From contig OX597815.1 in the NCBI GenBank assembly GCA_951406725.2, positions 185,070,001-185,134,000 of the forward strand: a DNA stretch of 64,000 nucleotides. Direction: 5' to 3'. Position 1 is the stretch's first letter. Every line of letters begins with the position of its first letter. The notes below the pieces were generated by a model. It ran no database searches and was not told the DNA's origin. It saw nothing but the letters and a program-made list of their open reading frames with translations. The stretch comes from Octopus vulgaris (taxonomy: Eukaryota). The translations under genes were made by a program, and so were the position numbers. Positions 52,751 to 64,000 of the stretch are shown one piece after another.

Positions 52751-53128
52751 TTATCATAGTCGTCAGAAAATCAAAACTTCTATGAAATCTTCTCGACGGT
52801 CGACTGCTGAGGGAGCGGGTGAATTTTCGTGGATTTACGATAGATCCCATATTCACTCTAACACACTTTTTGCGATGTGCAAAAAGGTGTAAGCTACCTC
52901 TCTGGGTCTCTTTCTTGAGTTATAGAAAGCGTTCGATAGCGATCAGTTAATTGCAGTGCTGAGGTTTTTGGATATGTTGCTCTTAAAACAAAATATGTGC
53001 AGTCTGCAAAAGGAAGCACATGACCGAATTGTGGTTGGAAGCGCGGAAATTCGCAAAGTGAAGAAAATCTTTACATGGAACCCACATCAAATATATACAG
53101 TGGCATGAAGGCTGACATTTTGTATACT

Positions 53129-53365
53129 TATTCCTTTATTACCCACAAGGGGCTAAACACAGAGAGGACAAACAAGGACAGACATACGGATTAAGTCGAT
53201 TATATCGACCCCAGTGCGTAACTGGTACTTAATTTATCGACCCCGAAAGGATGAAAGGCAAAGTCGACCTCGGCGGAAATTGAACTCACAGCGTAACGGC
53301 AGACAAAAATACCGCTCGGCATTTCACCCGACGTGCTAACGTTTCTGCCAGCTCGCCGCCTTAAT
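53129..53365 (-). mobile_element. SINE family A monomer with 12-bp TSD ATTTTGTATACT
   Basis: TSD at 53117-53128 and 53366-53377. Confidence 0.88.
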
Positions 53366-53911
53366 ATTTTGTATACTGTAAGTATTGGGTGGTTTGCATA
53401 AATGAAATAAATTCTTAAAGCACAGCTGCAAGTACAAATTTCTTCAATAAAACCGTACCCATCTGCTCTCTTAAACACATCTGGGTCATGGGCTACTACG
53501 AAGACTGAACAGCCACTGGCTACGATTCAGACATCTATGGACAGACTGGGATTATCATTTCAGGAGCATATCGGGAACAATGTAATTAGAGACCGGATTC
53601 TAGTGAAGTGTGTGATACCGAAATTTAAAAGCACAAGTTCTGTTGATTCAGACATGTCAGTAGAAACACCGACAACATATGGACCCTTGTAGTTTCCGAG
53701 TGGGGTTCCAGGGTTGCGACGAGACCACTCCGAAAAACTTCAAGACGATGGAAAATTACTTAGTGAAAAGATTACAGACCTGAAAGAAAAGAAAAGCGCA
53801 ATCATTAGAAATTCGGAAATGAATTGCAACCAGCAGTGATAGAGGACCTCTGATATTATAAGCGACAGAACGAATATTTACGCATAGATTTTCTTTAGTA
53901 TATTTTTTTTA

Positions 53912-54645
<734 letters not shown>

Positions 54646-54680
54646 TATATATATATACATATATATATACATATATATAT

Positions 54681-54725
<45 letters not shown>

Positions 54726-56329
54726 ACAATAACGTTTAAATATTTGAACTAGACTTGCTGGAAGTTAAATAGACCATTAAAAATTATATAAAGTGAACAC
54801 TGACAAAAGAACTTGCCATTATTACAATCAGGAGACATTTGAGAAATTGGTATTGTGTACATTTCTGCTGAACTGTAGCGATTCGTATGAATTCTCGTAA
54901 ATAGATTATAAATAAAAATATATGAAGCTCGCTCACGAAAGCTGAACATTATGCACGGAAACAATCATTGTATTTTTGGTCATGTTATTATCCATCTGTC
55001 GATAAAGACAAGCCCTGGGATTCATGGTTAGACAATGTCGTAGTATTTCATTTTAAGTGGTAAGTATTCTGTCAATGTTCGTGAGTAGAACTAAATATTT
55101 TCTCAATCTGAATATCAGAAAAATGTTTTCAGTTTTGAACAATACTTCTATCCCAGAAGAGATTTGCATATTCCTGAAATTACAATGATTGGCAATGATT
55201 AATAAAGTTCTCTGAGAACCGAACATCCATACTGACACAAAGATTAAATCTAATGGCGCCTTTGCATCTGGTTTGCCATGAAATATACAGAATAAAGAAT
55301 TGTGGTGGTGAGTAGAAAGTGCTTAATTTCATGAAAAGCAATGTTTAAATTAATATTTAAATAAAAAATATTATAACGTATAAAATTTAAAAAGTATATG
55401 ATTAACAATTGTACACTGATGGTCAAACAAGCTTGCATACCAATTAAAAATAACAATACAGATAGTTCTAGTGTTCCATACTCTCATATAGAATGTGTAA
55501 ACTACTCTATAATTTTGAATGGTGATTTGTGAGTGTTCGATCTAATTCTCGTCTCTGAAGCATTATGTAATCATTATCTTTCTTGCGCTCGTGTACAAAT
55601 TGTAGGTGGCTAAGTAACTCATTATAACTGCGGCTAAACTTTGTAAAGGCAGAAAGAAAAGATGGGTGTGACAGAAGTAAAAGCCAATACTTAAATTGTA
55701 TATTCATAAAGCGTATAATTTCTGCCCAATAAATTAGCGTTATTAACACAATGAATGTGAAATGTTTATTTACCCAAACACTGTTTTCTGTCTCGAAACA
55801 TTTTTTTTTTCATATTCTGTTTCTCATGTATTATTTTCTTTGTTAACGTATTGATGCAATATTGCATTTATGCATATCTTTATATGGTGATAAATATTTA
55901 TCTCACGTTCGATCTGGTTAAATACCTTCACTATCAAATTGTTTAATAACTTGTTATCAGTTGCATCCACGAACAGATTTATCTATCACTATGTGCGCAA
56001 GTGTTCGTGCGTGCTTGTGTGTGTGTGTATGTGTGTTTGTGTGTGTGTGTGGGGGGCGTACGTGCGTGTGTGTGTGTGTATCTATAACCGTTTTATCAAT
56101 TATCTCATCTTCAGAAAAAGTTTGAACGCTACAAACCGATGAGATCCTTTTCATAGTGCTTTGAATATTCCTCCTGGAATGTATATAAAACCTCATCTCT
56201 GAGCCCAAATACACATGATTTCGGTCGACTTGTATACATGATCACTTCTCAAATACATTCAGATAAGCTTTTTGAAACATACAAATATACAAGTACTGTA
56301 CAGTGGCAAAATAGCCTTGGTATTCTAGT

Positions 56330-56610
56330 ACTCCTCTTCAGGCCATCCATGGCAGTTAGGTCGAGAAAGGCAATAGAAGCTGGACACTACCAATAGCATT
56401 TGAAGAGCACAACGGGTGGGAACAGTGTAAAAGTTGTTCTGTAAAAACGCCTGAAGCGACACCAGATAGATTGTCCAAAATGGCTACTGTATACAACAAC
56501 TTATTAAAAAGCAAACCTTTGCACTTTCAGCACTTGATTTTCCCTTTCCATTCCACAGGTATCGCATATAATGGTGCTGGAACGAAAGTGTGTGCCTCCT
56601 TCCCTGGCAA
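56330..56610 (-). mobile_element. Decayed fragment resembling the AcademX XPG-like region
   Basis: Minus-strand ICDT...GKGK, PTRCALQ and HGW peptides in the expected order; inference. Confidence 0.3.
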
Positions 56611-56989
56611 GTCAAGGACAATCGTTTAAAAATCTATGCCATTGCCATTTGTTCCTACTAATATTTTCGTCAGCTGTGTAAAACTGAAATTCTGGGATAT
56701 GAAAAAGAGCAGATGACAGTGTAAATACATACACACAAAACACTTGCTCATACATGTCGTTTTGCTGAATGGCCAGCTATTGTCATATTCATTCTAATAT
56801 AATAAAAGCTGTTGCTAGTTTGGAAGATTATTTCAATGGAAATTATACTGATTAGATATATAGTTATCTTCCTTTCATAATCTTCCGATACGCATGGAAG
56901 AATGTGGCCACACGCACAAATAGTGTATAAACAAAAGCAAGACAATGTTATTTGCTTGATCAATAGTTTGAACACGTGATATTTTGGGG

Positions 56990-57150
56990 GAAGCTGGTAG
57001 AAGAGTTTGCACGCTGGACAAAATTCTTAGTGACATTTCTTTTGGCTTTACGTTCAAAGTTCAAATACCGCCGATGTCGACTTTACTTTTCATTCTTTTG
57101 AGGACGATTAGTCAGGTACTAACATCGATGAAATTAATTTACCCCTCTCC
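56990..57150 (+). mobile_element. SINE family A, old degenerate copy
   Basis: GTTCAAATACCGCCGATGTCGACTTTACTTTTCATTCTTTTG. Confidence 0.55.
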
Positions 57151-58854
57151 AAACCTATAGAAGAAAACCTGAACCTATAGAACCAAGGAATATGTTGCTG
57201 TTCATTTGGTGGAACTTGAAGGACCAAAACATATACCCTATACAAACTGTATTTCATAATCCATGTGTGTATATACACAATAACATATATACGTTACGGG
57301 TCAGAAACTGTACTTTGCGGAATCTGATCTGGTACTTTGAGTTCTGATAGGAAAATTGAGGCGACACTTACGATAAGATACATCCGTTCAAATCAGCAGC
57401 CGTTCTCAAAAGAGAAAAAAAAGTAATCTATGTATGTACTAAAGTATATCTTTAAGAGGACTTGAAAACACAAGATGAAGGTAAAGCTAAGAGTTGCGAA
57501 CGTGGTAAGCATTGAATGAATGGTTGAGATATTTGCACTCCATTTCTAAGCTTCCGACTAGGTTTTATAACAATTTTAATATCCCTGCCTCTAGCGGTAC
57601 CATCAATCGTTTATGCTCCGAGGGAATATCTAGTTCTTATTGACAAACAGGAAATCACAAGCTTTTCTATATATATATATACATATATATAATTCAGAAC
57701 TGCGGTTGACCTTGCATACTTTAAACACACACACACCTACTCAGATTATGAATTTTATTTGAGATACTTAGCATTTATCTGTTGCTGTTCTTTAGTATGT
57801 GAGACTTTTATCATACTCCATTGGCAATACACTGGTCTCTCTGCCTCTATGTTGTTCTGAAGTGTGTTAATTCATTTTTGTGTGACTGAGCGTGTGTTCT
57901 TCTTCTGAGTTATAAGTGTCTGCGCAATGAAGATGTCAATACTGCTACCGGCGACAGCGATTGCGTCTGTACATGTGTGTCAGTTGTAGCAAGATGTTAG
58001 GATGCCGTATTCTATAGGGGATGGTGACAGCAAAGATATTTGTTGATTTCTGTGAGCATATGTGTGAGTATATCTGCGTGTGATACGTTTCAGCGTTAAT
58101 TCCTGGTGGTGCTTGTATATGTGATCGTTGTTTCATGTATTTCTCTTATTCCTGTTTTTACTTTCATTTCCAGAATTTTCTTTTGACGCCAGTTTTGTCT
58201 GGACTCGTATTTCCGAGCTTTAGAGACAATAATTTCGGAAAACTGTCTCCGTAATTCAACCATTCTATAGCCGTTTAGTTAGTTGATGCCAGATCCAGAG
58301 AAAGCACAAATGCAGAACATAAAAGATGTCACATCGAGAAAATATCAGAGCGAAAAATAAAATCACAAGTATAAAACCAACATGATAATACGCTAACATA
58401 CCATAAAACCAAATACAAACGACTATCACCGCTACTTATATAGATACGACCACGAATTTATTTAATTCAGTATCCATCATATATATGAACTAGTTCGTTG
58501 GAAATCAACCAAACAAATCAAAAATTGTAGTAAAAATTGTTTGCCAACATAACATGGCAGTCCCTTGTTCGAAAATATAAGGATACAGATCGTGTCGTAT
58601 GGCCAGCTTGGGACGATGTCTCCTGAGGCTGAATTACAGCAACATTGGTCCTACACCAGGACTGCTAGATTATGTTGGTAAACAATCTTTACTAAAAGGT
58701 ACTGTTGCTGAATATTTCACGTTGTGAGATTTAAAAATAGTAATTTTTCTAAATTAAAAATTGCCAGATGAAAATCTCTAAAACTTCGTGAATATGTATA
58801 TGTATGTATGTATGTAAGTATGTATGTATGTACGTATGTATGTAGATATAGAAT

Positions 58855-59076
<222 letters not shown>

Positions 59077-60028
59077 CTCACATCTGGTAAGTCTATCAAC
59101 AAAATTCCATTTCTATGCACGTGTGTCTCTAGTTACTGAAAAGGCATAACGAAAGATATATGACTGAACTGATTGTGATATTGGGAAATTATTGTGGCTA
59201 AATCGAAATATATTAATATTTTTGTTTGCACATGCATGTGGATAACAGCGTGAAAATATAATGAGAAGACGGTGTTGCCAAAATAATTGACACTTAAGTC
59301 GAGAGTTAAGTGCGTTTACGGATACGATAAACTTACCGAGTAAAAATTAAATTTATGATCTCATATATGGAAAAGTGCAAGAAGATGAATATTTATGCGG
59401 AGGGTGCATTAACTTCAAGGCTGAAAGCAGAAATTCAAATTCAAATTCGAGTTGCTTTAACACAGTAAAAGAGAGGAGAATCATTTAAAATTACGATATG
59501 TGTAAATATTACTGGTATACATCACTAGACTAACATTGGTTTCCTCAGACTGAAGAGCCAAACGAATAACAAACCAACTTTTAAATCACGAATGTTCTTA
59601 AATACAAACATAAATTTCAATTGTAAATGAAAGTTCTTACGTTCCTAAATCATATTCTGGCTCCGAAATATTTGGAAACTATGTGCACAGGGGAGATAAG
59701 AAATTGCTTTTGCTAATAAATCTCTTTATAACTTCCACTTAGACTTATTAGATTCTTCACAAAGAACTTTTTAAAGTATTACTAATGGATAAGGATAACC
59801 GAAAATATTCTACTGCTGTACTTAGATACACCCAACTAGCGAGCTCGAGTAAGCAAGATCGTTCTTAGCTGCCGGTAGATTATCCAACCGATGCCCTGGG
59901 TCTAGTAACAGTTCTTTTGTCTTTCACGTTTTCACATGTTTAAGTCATTAGATTGCGGCCATGCTGGGGCACCTCCATGAAGAATTTTTAATCGAATGAA
60001 TCGTACTCAGTACTTAATTTTTTACAAC

Positions 60029-60087
<59 letters not shown>

Positions 60088-60200
60088 CCTATACATATAT
60101 ATATATATATAAGAAAATTTATTTTCTTATATACATTACAATCCACCACGTTGGGACAACCGAAATTCCTCTTTTCTACATATATATATATATATATATA

Positions 60201-61487
60201 CGAGGGACGTTCAATAAGTAATGCCTCTGACCCACTTGCAGTTGTTTGATCTAGCTGAAATTTTGCATGTGCAATTATTTATATCTCTATAGAGTAAGTG
60301 GCAAATTACAGCTCTAAATTAATTGTGGTTTCTGATTTACAGGTGTTTGAACCGAGTCAAGTGTGAAATGGAGCCTGTTGAGTGTCGAGCAGTGATCTGT
60401 TTTTTGTATTTGAAAGGACGCACACCACGGGAGACTTTTAATGAAATGAAAGTAACTTATGGTGATGATGCCCCATCATATGACCTTGTAGAACGCTGGC
60501 ATCGTGAATTCAAACATGGTCGGAACTCTGTGGAAACAGCTCCCAGATCTGGTCGCTCCCTTCTACCATTGATGAGGCATCTGTCCGTCAAGTTGAGGCT
60601 GCCATTTTGGAAGATCGACGCATAATTATTCGCCAAATAGCCCATGAGGTCAAGATTAGTACCGGGTCTGTGGAAACTATCATTCATGACCATTTTCATA
60701 TGCAAAAGGTGTCTGCCAGATGGATTCCCAGGTTGCTCACGCCTTTCCAGAAGCAAGAACGCGTCGAGTGCTCGAGGTTGAGTTTGGAGATGTGCCAAGA
60801 AGATGAGTCAAAATCTTTCAAAAGACTGATTACACAGGATGAAACCTGGGTCCATCACGATGATTCAGAGACCAAATCCCAGTCAATGCAGTGGAAGCAC
60901 CGTGACTCACCTCCTCCAAAGAAGGCAAGGGTGCAGCCCTCCGCTGGCAAGGTCATGCTCAGAGTCTTCTGGGACCAGGACGCAGTAGTGATGACAGATT
61001 TCCTGGCAAAGGGTACCACAATTGCAGGAGCCTATTATGCTTCACTTTTGAGGAAATTAAGAGAAGTTATCAAAATCAAGAGGCGGGGCAAGATCAGCAA
61101 AGGCATCCTCCTCCTGCAGGACAACGCTCCGGTCCACAACTCGCTTGTCGCCAGATCAGAAGCACAGGCGTATGGCTATGGACTCCTCCTCATCCCCCCT
61201 ACTTTCCTGACCTTGCACCCTCTGATTTTCACCTCTTCCCAATCATGAAGTTGTTTTTGAAAGGAAAGCGGTTTCCCAGATGATGCAGCCTTGATTTCTG
61301 AAGTCACGTTGAGGTTGGAGGACCAAGCTGGATTCTACAAAAACGGTCTCCAGAGCCGCATCAAACGATGGTAGAAATGCGTAACTCTGGGTGGTTCCGA
61401 TGTAGAAAAAGACTAATAACTGTGCCAAGTTTCGTTGCTCTACTGCTATGGGAAGTGAGTAGGGGCATTACTTATTGAACGCCCCTC

Positions 61488-61488
<1 letters not shown>
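60201..61488 (+). mobile_element. Full-length mariner (DD34D, irritans-like TIR start) inserted in (TA)n
   Basis: ~27-bp TIRs CGAGGGACGTTCAATAAGTAATGCC / GGCATTACTTATTGAACGCCCCTCG; TA flanks; length 1288 bp. Confidence 0.95.
60368..61416 (+). pseudogene. Mariner transposase pseudogene
   Basis: HTH N-terminus, WIPRLL, TQDETW, QDNAP and HPPYFPDLAPSDFHLF (D34D spacing); frameshifts near 60560 and 61190; premature stop near 61372. Confidence 0.92.
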
Positions 61489-61534
<46 letters not shown>

Positions 61535-61550
61535 AAACCACCAAGTGGTT

Positions 61551-61705
61551 AGCCATATGCTAGAAGTAGATCACCTGCGATCAAACTACAAAGAAAAGTT
61601 GTCTGTCTTGCCCGCATATTGTTCTGGTGTCCGCTGAAATTTTCTCTAGAGAACATTCTTCTCTTTGTAGTTTGATCGCAGGTGATCTACTTCTAGCATA
61701 TGGCT
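61551..61705. repeat. Inverted repeat with ~47-bp arms and a ~60-bp spacer
   Basis: AGCCATATGCTAGAAGTAGATCACCTGCGATCAAACTACAAAGA / TCTTTGTAGTTTGATCGCAGGTGATCTACTTCTAGCATATGGCT. Confidence 0.9.
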
Positions 61706-61839
61706 TTAGCATATGGATTTAGCTCTTTAAATATACACATGTTTTAGAATTTTCTCTGATTCTTCAGGTTTTTGTATGCTAGGCTACTGGTTTTAAATTG
61801 ATATTAATTAAATTAATATTCAATTTATCTCCTCATTAT

Positions 61840-61891
<52 letters not shown>

Positions 61892-61897
61892 TGCATG

Positions 61898-62156
61898 AAA
61901 TTTAATTTGTCGAAATATTTTCGTCACTTTGAAACCACGACCTGTTCACTGGTACGGATTGTTGTCAGTGAGCAGGTTGCGGTTTGAAAGCAACGAAAAT
62001 ATTTTGACACATATTAAATTTAAATGTTCAAGTGAAAAATCTAACGGTTTCCGTGTGTTTTTAGATGGTTTACAAACACCTTCCACGCTGCAATTGTTTT
62101 TGTTTCAGCACATGATTTCAGACTATGTTACTTGTTATGCAAGTACATCTCCGTAA
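61898..62156. mobile_element. Element with an inverted pair of G3-C8 variant hammerhead motifs, inserted in (TA)n
   Basis: Inverted arms 61898-61951 and 61966-62021; homologous to 6066-6190. Confidence 0.7.
61963..62009 (+). ncRNA. Candidate minimal hammerhead ribozyme with compensatory C3G/G8C core
   Basis: UGUCA-GUGAGCA-g-GUUGC-gguuugaaa-GCAAC-GAAA-AUAU-UU-UGACA: perfect 5-bp stems I and II and a palindromic stem III. Confidence 0.6.
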
Positions 62157-62190
62157 TACATATATATACCGGAGTAAGCACATAAATGTG

Positions 62191-62260
<70 letters not shown>

Positions 62261-62959
62261 ATTATATAAACATATATATATATATATATATATATAAACA
62301 CATTTCCCATTAACTTCTATCTTTTACTTGTTTCAGTCATTACATTGCTAGTAACATTTTTAGTCGAATGAATCGGCTTCAGTATTTGTTATTTTTTAAA
62401 ACTGATAGTTATTCTTATTCTACATCATTTCCAGCCCGTAACACCGGTTTACCGGTGGATGACTTATTTTTCTCTATACCGTAGCACATTTCTACCGGTG
62501 GAGTGTATCTTGAAGCCAGGTGTATGATCAAATAAAGTTCAGGAGGTCCGGGCTCAAACGGTTAATATTACTGCTGTTCATATCAAAACATTGTGGTGTG
62601 TGCACCTAAAACTTGCTAAAGATGGAGCACAGGTGATAATTTATTCGTTCAAATATAAGCATTTATAAAAAGGAAATTATTAAACCTGTATTCTACAACT
62701 TCTAAATCTTTGCTAATTCACAACCAATATTAGCAAGCAAGTTGCTTAAATTATAGTTGTCAATATTACGTCGGGAAACAATTATTCCACTCTGAAAACG
62801 ATAGATACAAATTTATGCATAACACTTCAACTAACTGAATCAACCCCACAAAAACCATTATACGCAACTTAAGTAAATACACACACTCAAAACCAGATTC
62901 AAGCCTGCTTCTGATTCACACTTATGGAACAAAACTCAGTATTGTACACATAAACAGGA

Positions 62960-63120
62960 ATATTGTTTCCTACTCTAGGCACAAGGCCCGAAATTTGGGG
63001 GGAAGAGACCAGTCGATTAGATCGACCCAGAACCAGTACGCAAATGAAACGTAATTTATCGACCCGGAAAGGCAAAGTCAACCTCGGTGGAATTCTAAAT
63101 ATTAGAACGCTATAAGGACA
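62960..63120 (-). mobile_element. SINE family A, older tail type
   Basis: AGTCGATTAGATCGACCC...AATTTATCGACCCGGAAAGGCAAAGTCAACCTCGG. Confidence 0.65.
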
Positions 63121-63139
63121 CTGAAATTCATCTAGTTGG

Positions 63140-63790
63140 CTTGTAATTTTCGATGATGATTCCAGAAAAGTAATGAAGTCCATCGCCAAACACTTCAGGT
63201 GTCAGGTGTGCACGATTACATTCGATACAAGCCGTATGCAGAGAAGGGAGGATAATTCATGTCTGCAATGAGATACGAAAACCGTTTAATCCATGCGTTT
63301 ACGTAAAAAAGGTTAAACACTCTCACGAACATGGCAAGCTCTCGTTTTTCACTGATGAGAAAACTTCGACTAAGACCAGTAGCCTAAGAGAAGAAATGGC
63401 AGATGGCTATGTTCAGATCGTTCTAATGACCTCAGAATGATGCATAATTTGTTTAAAGCAACCATAATTGTTTTAGGAGTGGTAAATAAGACATGCCATG
63501 TCATGATACCTCTCGTTTTTCCACAGGGTCTTAGAATTAATAGCGTTGGATGCATTGAGGTGCTCTGACAGTGGTAAGTCCTGGAAGGATGACGTATCTA
63601 GTAGATGGCCATACTTGCTTCAACAAGATTCCACATCTTTTCGCAAAATCCATGAAGCAGGTATGACGTCAGACAACGTTTATAACCGAATAACACCAAA
63701 CCCGTGGCCTCCAAAACTAACTAGATTTAAATTACACGGATTACTACATCTGGAGGGAGCGTTGGTGAAAGACAGTCTAACCGACATTAT
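63140..63790 (+). pseudogene. Decayed maT/DD37D-like transposase
   Basis: FFTDEK, RNGRWLCSD, ATIIVLGVVNKTCHVMIPLVFPQGLRIN, PYLLQQDS, ITPNPWPP and DYYIW across frameshifts. Confidence 0.7.
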
Positions 63791-63796
63791 GACAAT

Positions 63797-64000
63797 ACCT
63801 ATTTCTTTATTATCCACAAGGGGCTAAACATAGAGGGGACAAACATGGACAGACATAGGTATTAAGTCGATTACATCGACTCCAGTACGTAACTGGTACT
63901 TAATTTATCGACCCCGAAAGGATGAAAGGCAAAGTCGACCTCGGCAGAATTTGAACTCACAACGTAACGGCAGACGAAATGCCGCTAAGCATTTCGCCCG
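63797..64000 (-). mobile_element. SINE family A, running off the window end
   Basis: Reverse complement of the family consensus; ends ...AAAGAAATAGGTATT. Confidence 0.85.

Larger units (their letters stand above)
52430..53870 (+). mobile_element. Decayed RTE-clade LINE RT, interrupted by a SINE and a minisatellite
   Basis: FRGFTIDPIFTLTHFLRCAKRCKLPLWVSFLSY..KAFDS; SWATTKTEQ..QTSMDRLGLSFQEHIGNNVIRDR; RHVSRNTDNIWTLVVSEW..RRW. Confidence 0.65.

Overview
AT-rich, microsatellite-dense eukaryotic genomic DNA. The repeat content suggests an octopus or other coleoid cephalopod (inference). I found no convincing host protein-coding exon, so the window reads as intergenic or deep intronic. Nearly all listed ORFs are microsatellite or SINE artefacts. 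Recognisable elements are: (1) a young, 5'-truncated R4/Dong-type non-LTR retrotransposon (RT, CCHC, RLE) inside a (TAA)n tract at 394-2262; (2) a full-length but frameshifted DD34D mariner with TIRs at 60201-61488; (3) fossils of CR1-like and RTE LINEs, a Helitron helicase, a maT-like transposase, Tc1-like elements and possibly Academ; (4) many copies of three tRNA-derived SINE families. The most interesting signal is a set of short non-coding elements carrying minimal Penelope-type hammerhead ribozyme (HHR) motifs, often as inverted pairs. One has a tRNA-like Pol III head flanked by inverted HHR arms (43313-43714), which looks like a Penelope-mobilised SINE. Another family has a hammerhead core with the compensatory C3G/G8C swap (GUGARCA; 61898-62021, with more decayed copies at 6066-6155). 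An intact canonical minimal HHR lies at 42926-42967. All calls come from reading the sequence by eye; no searches or folding programs were run.
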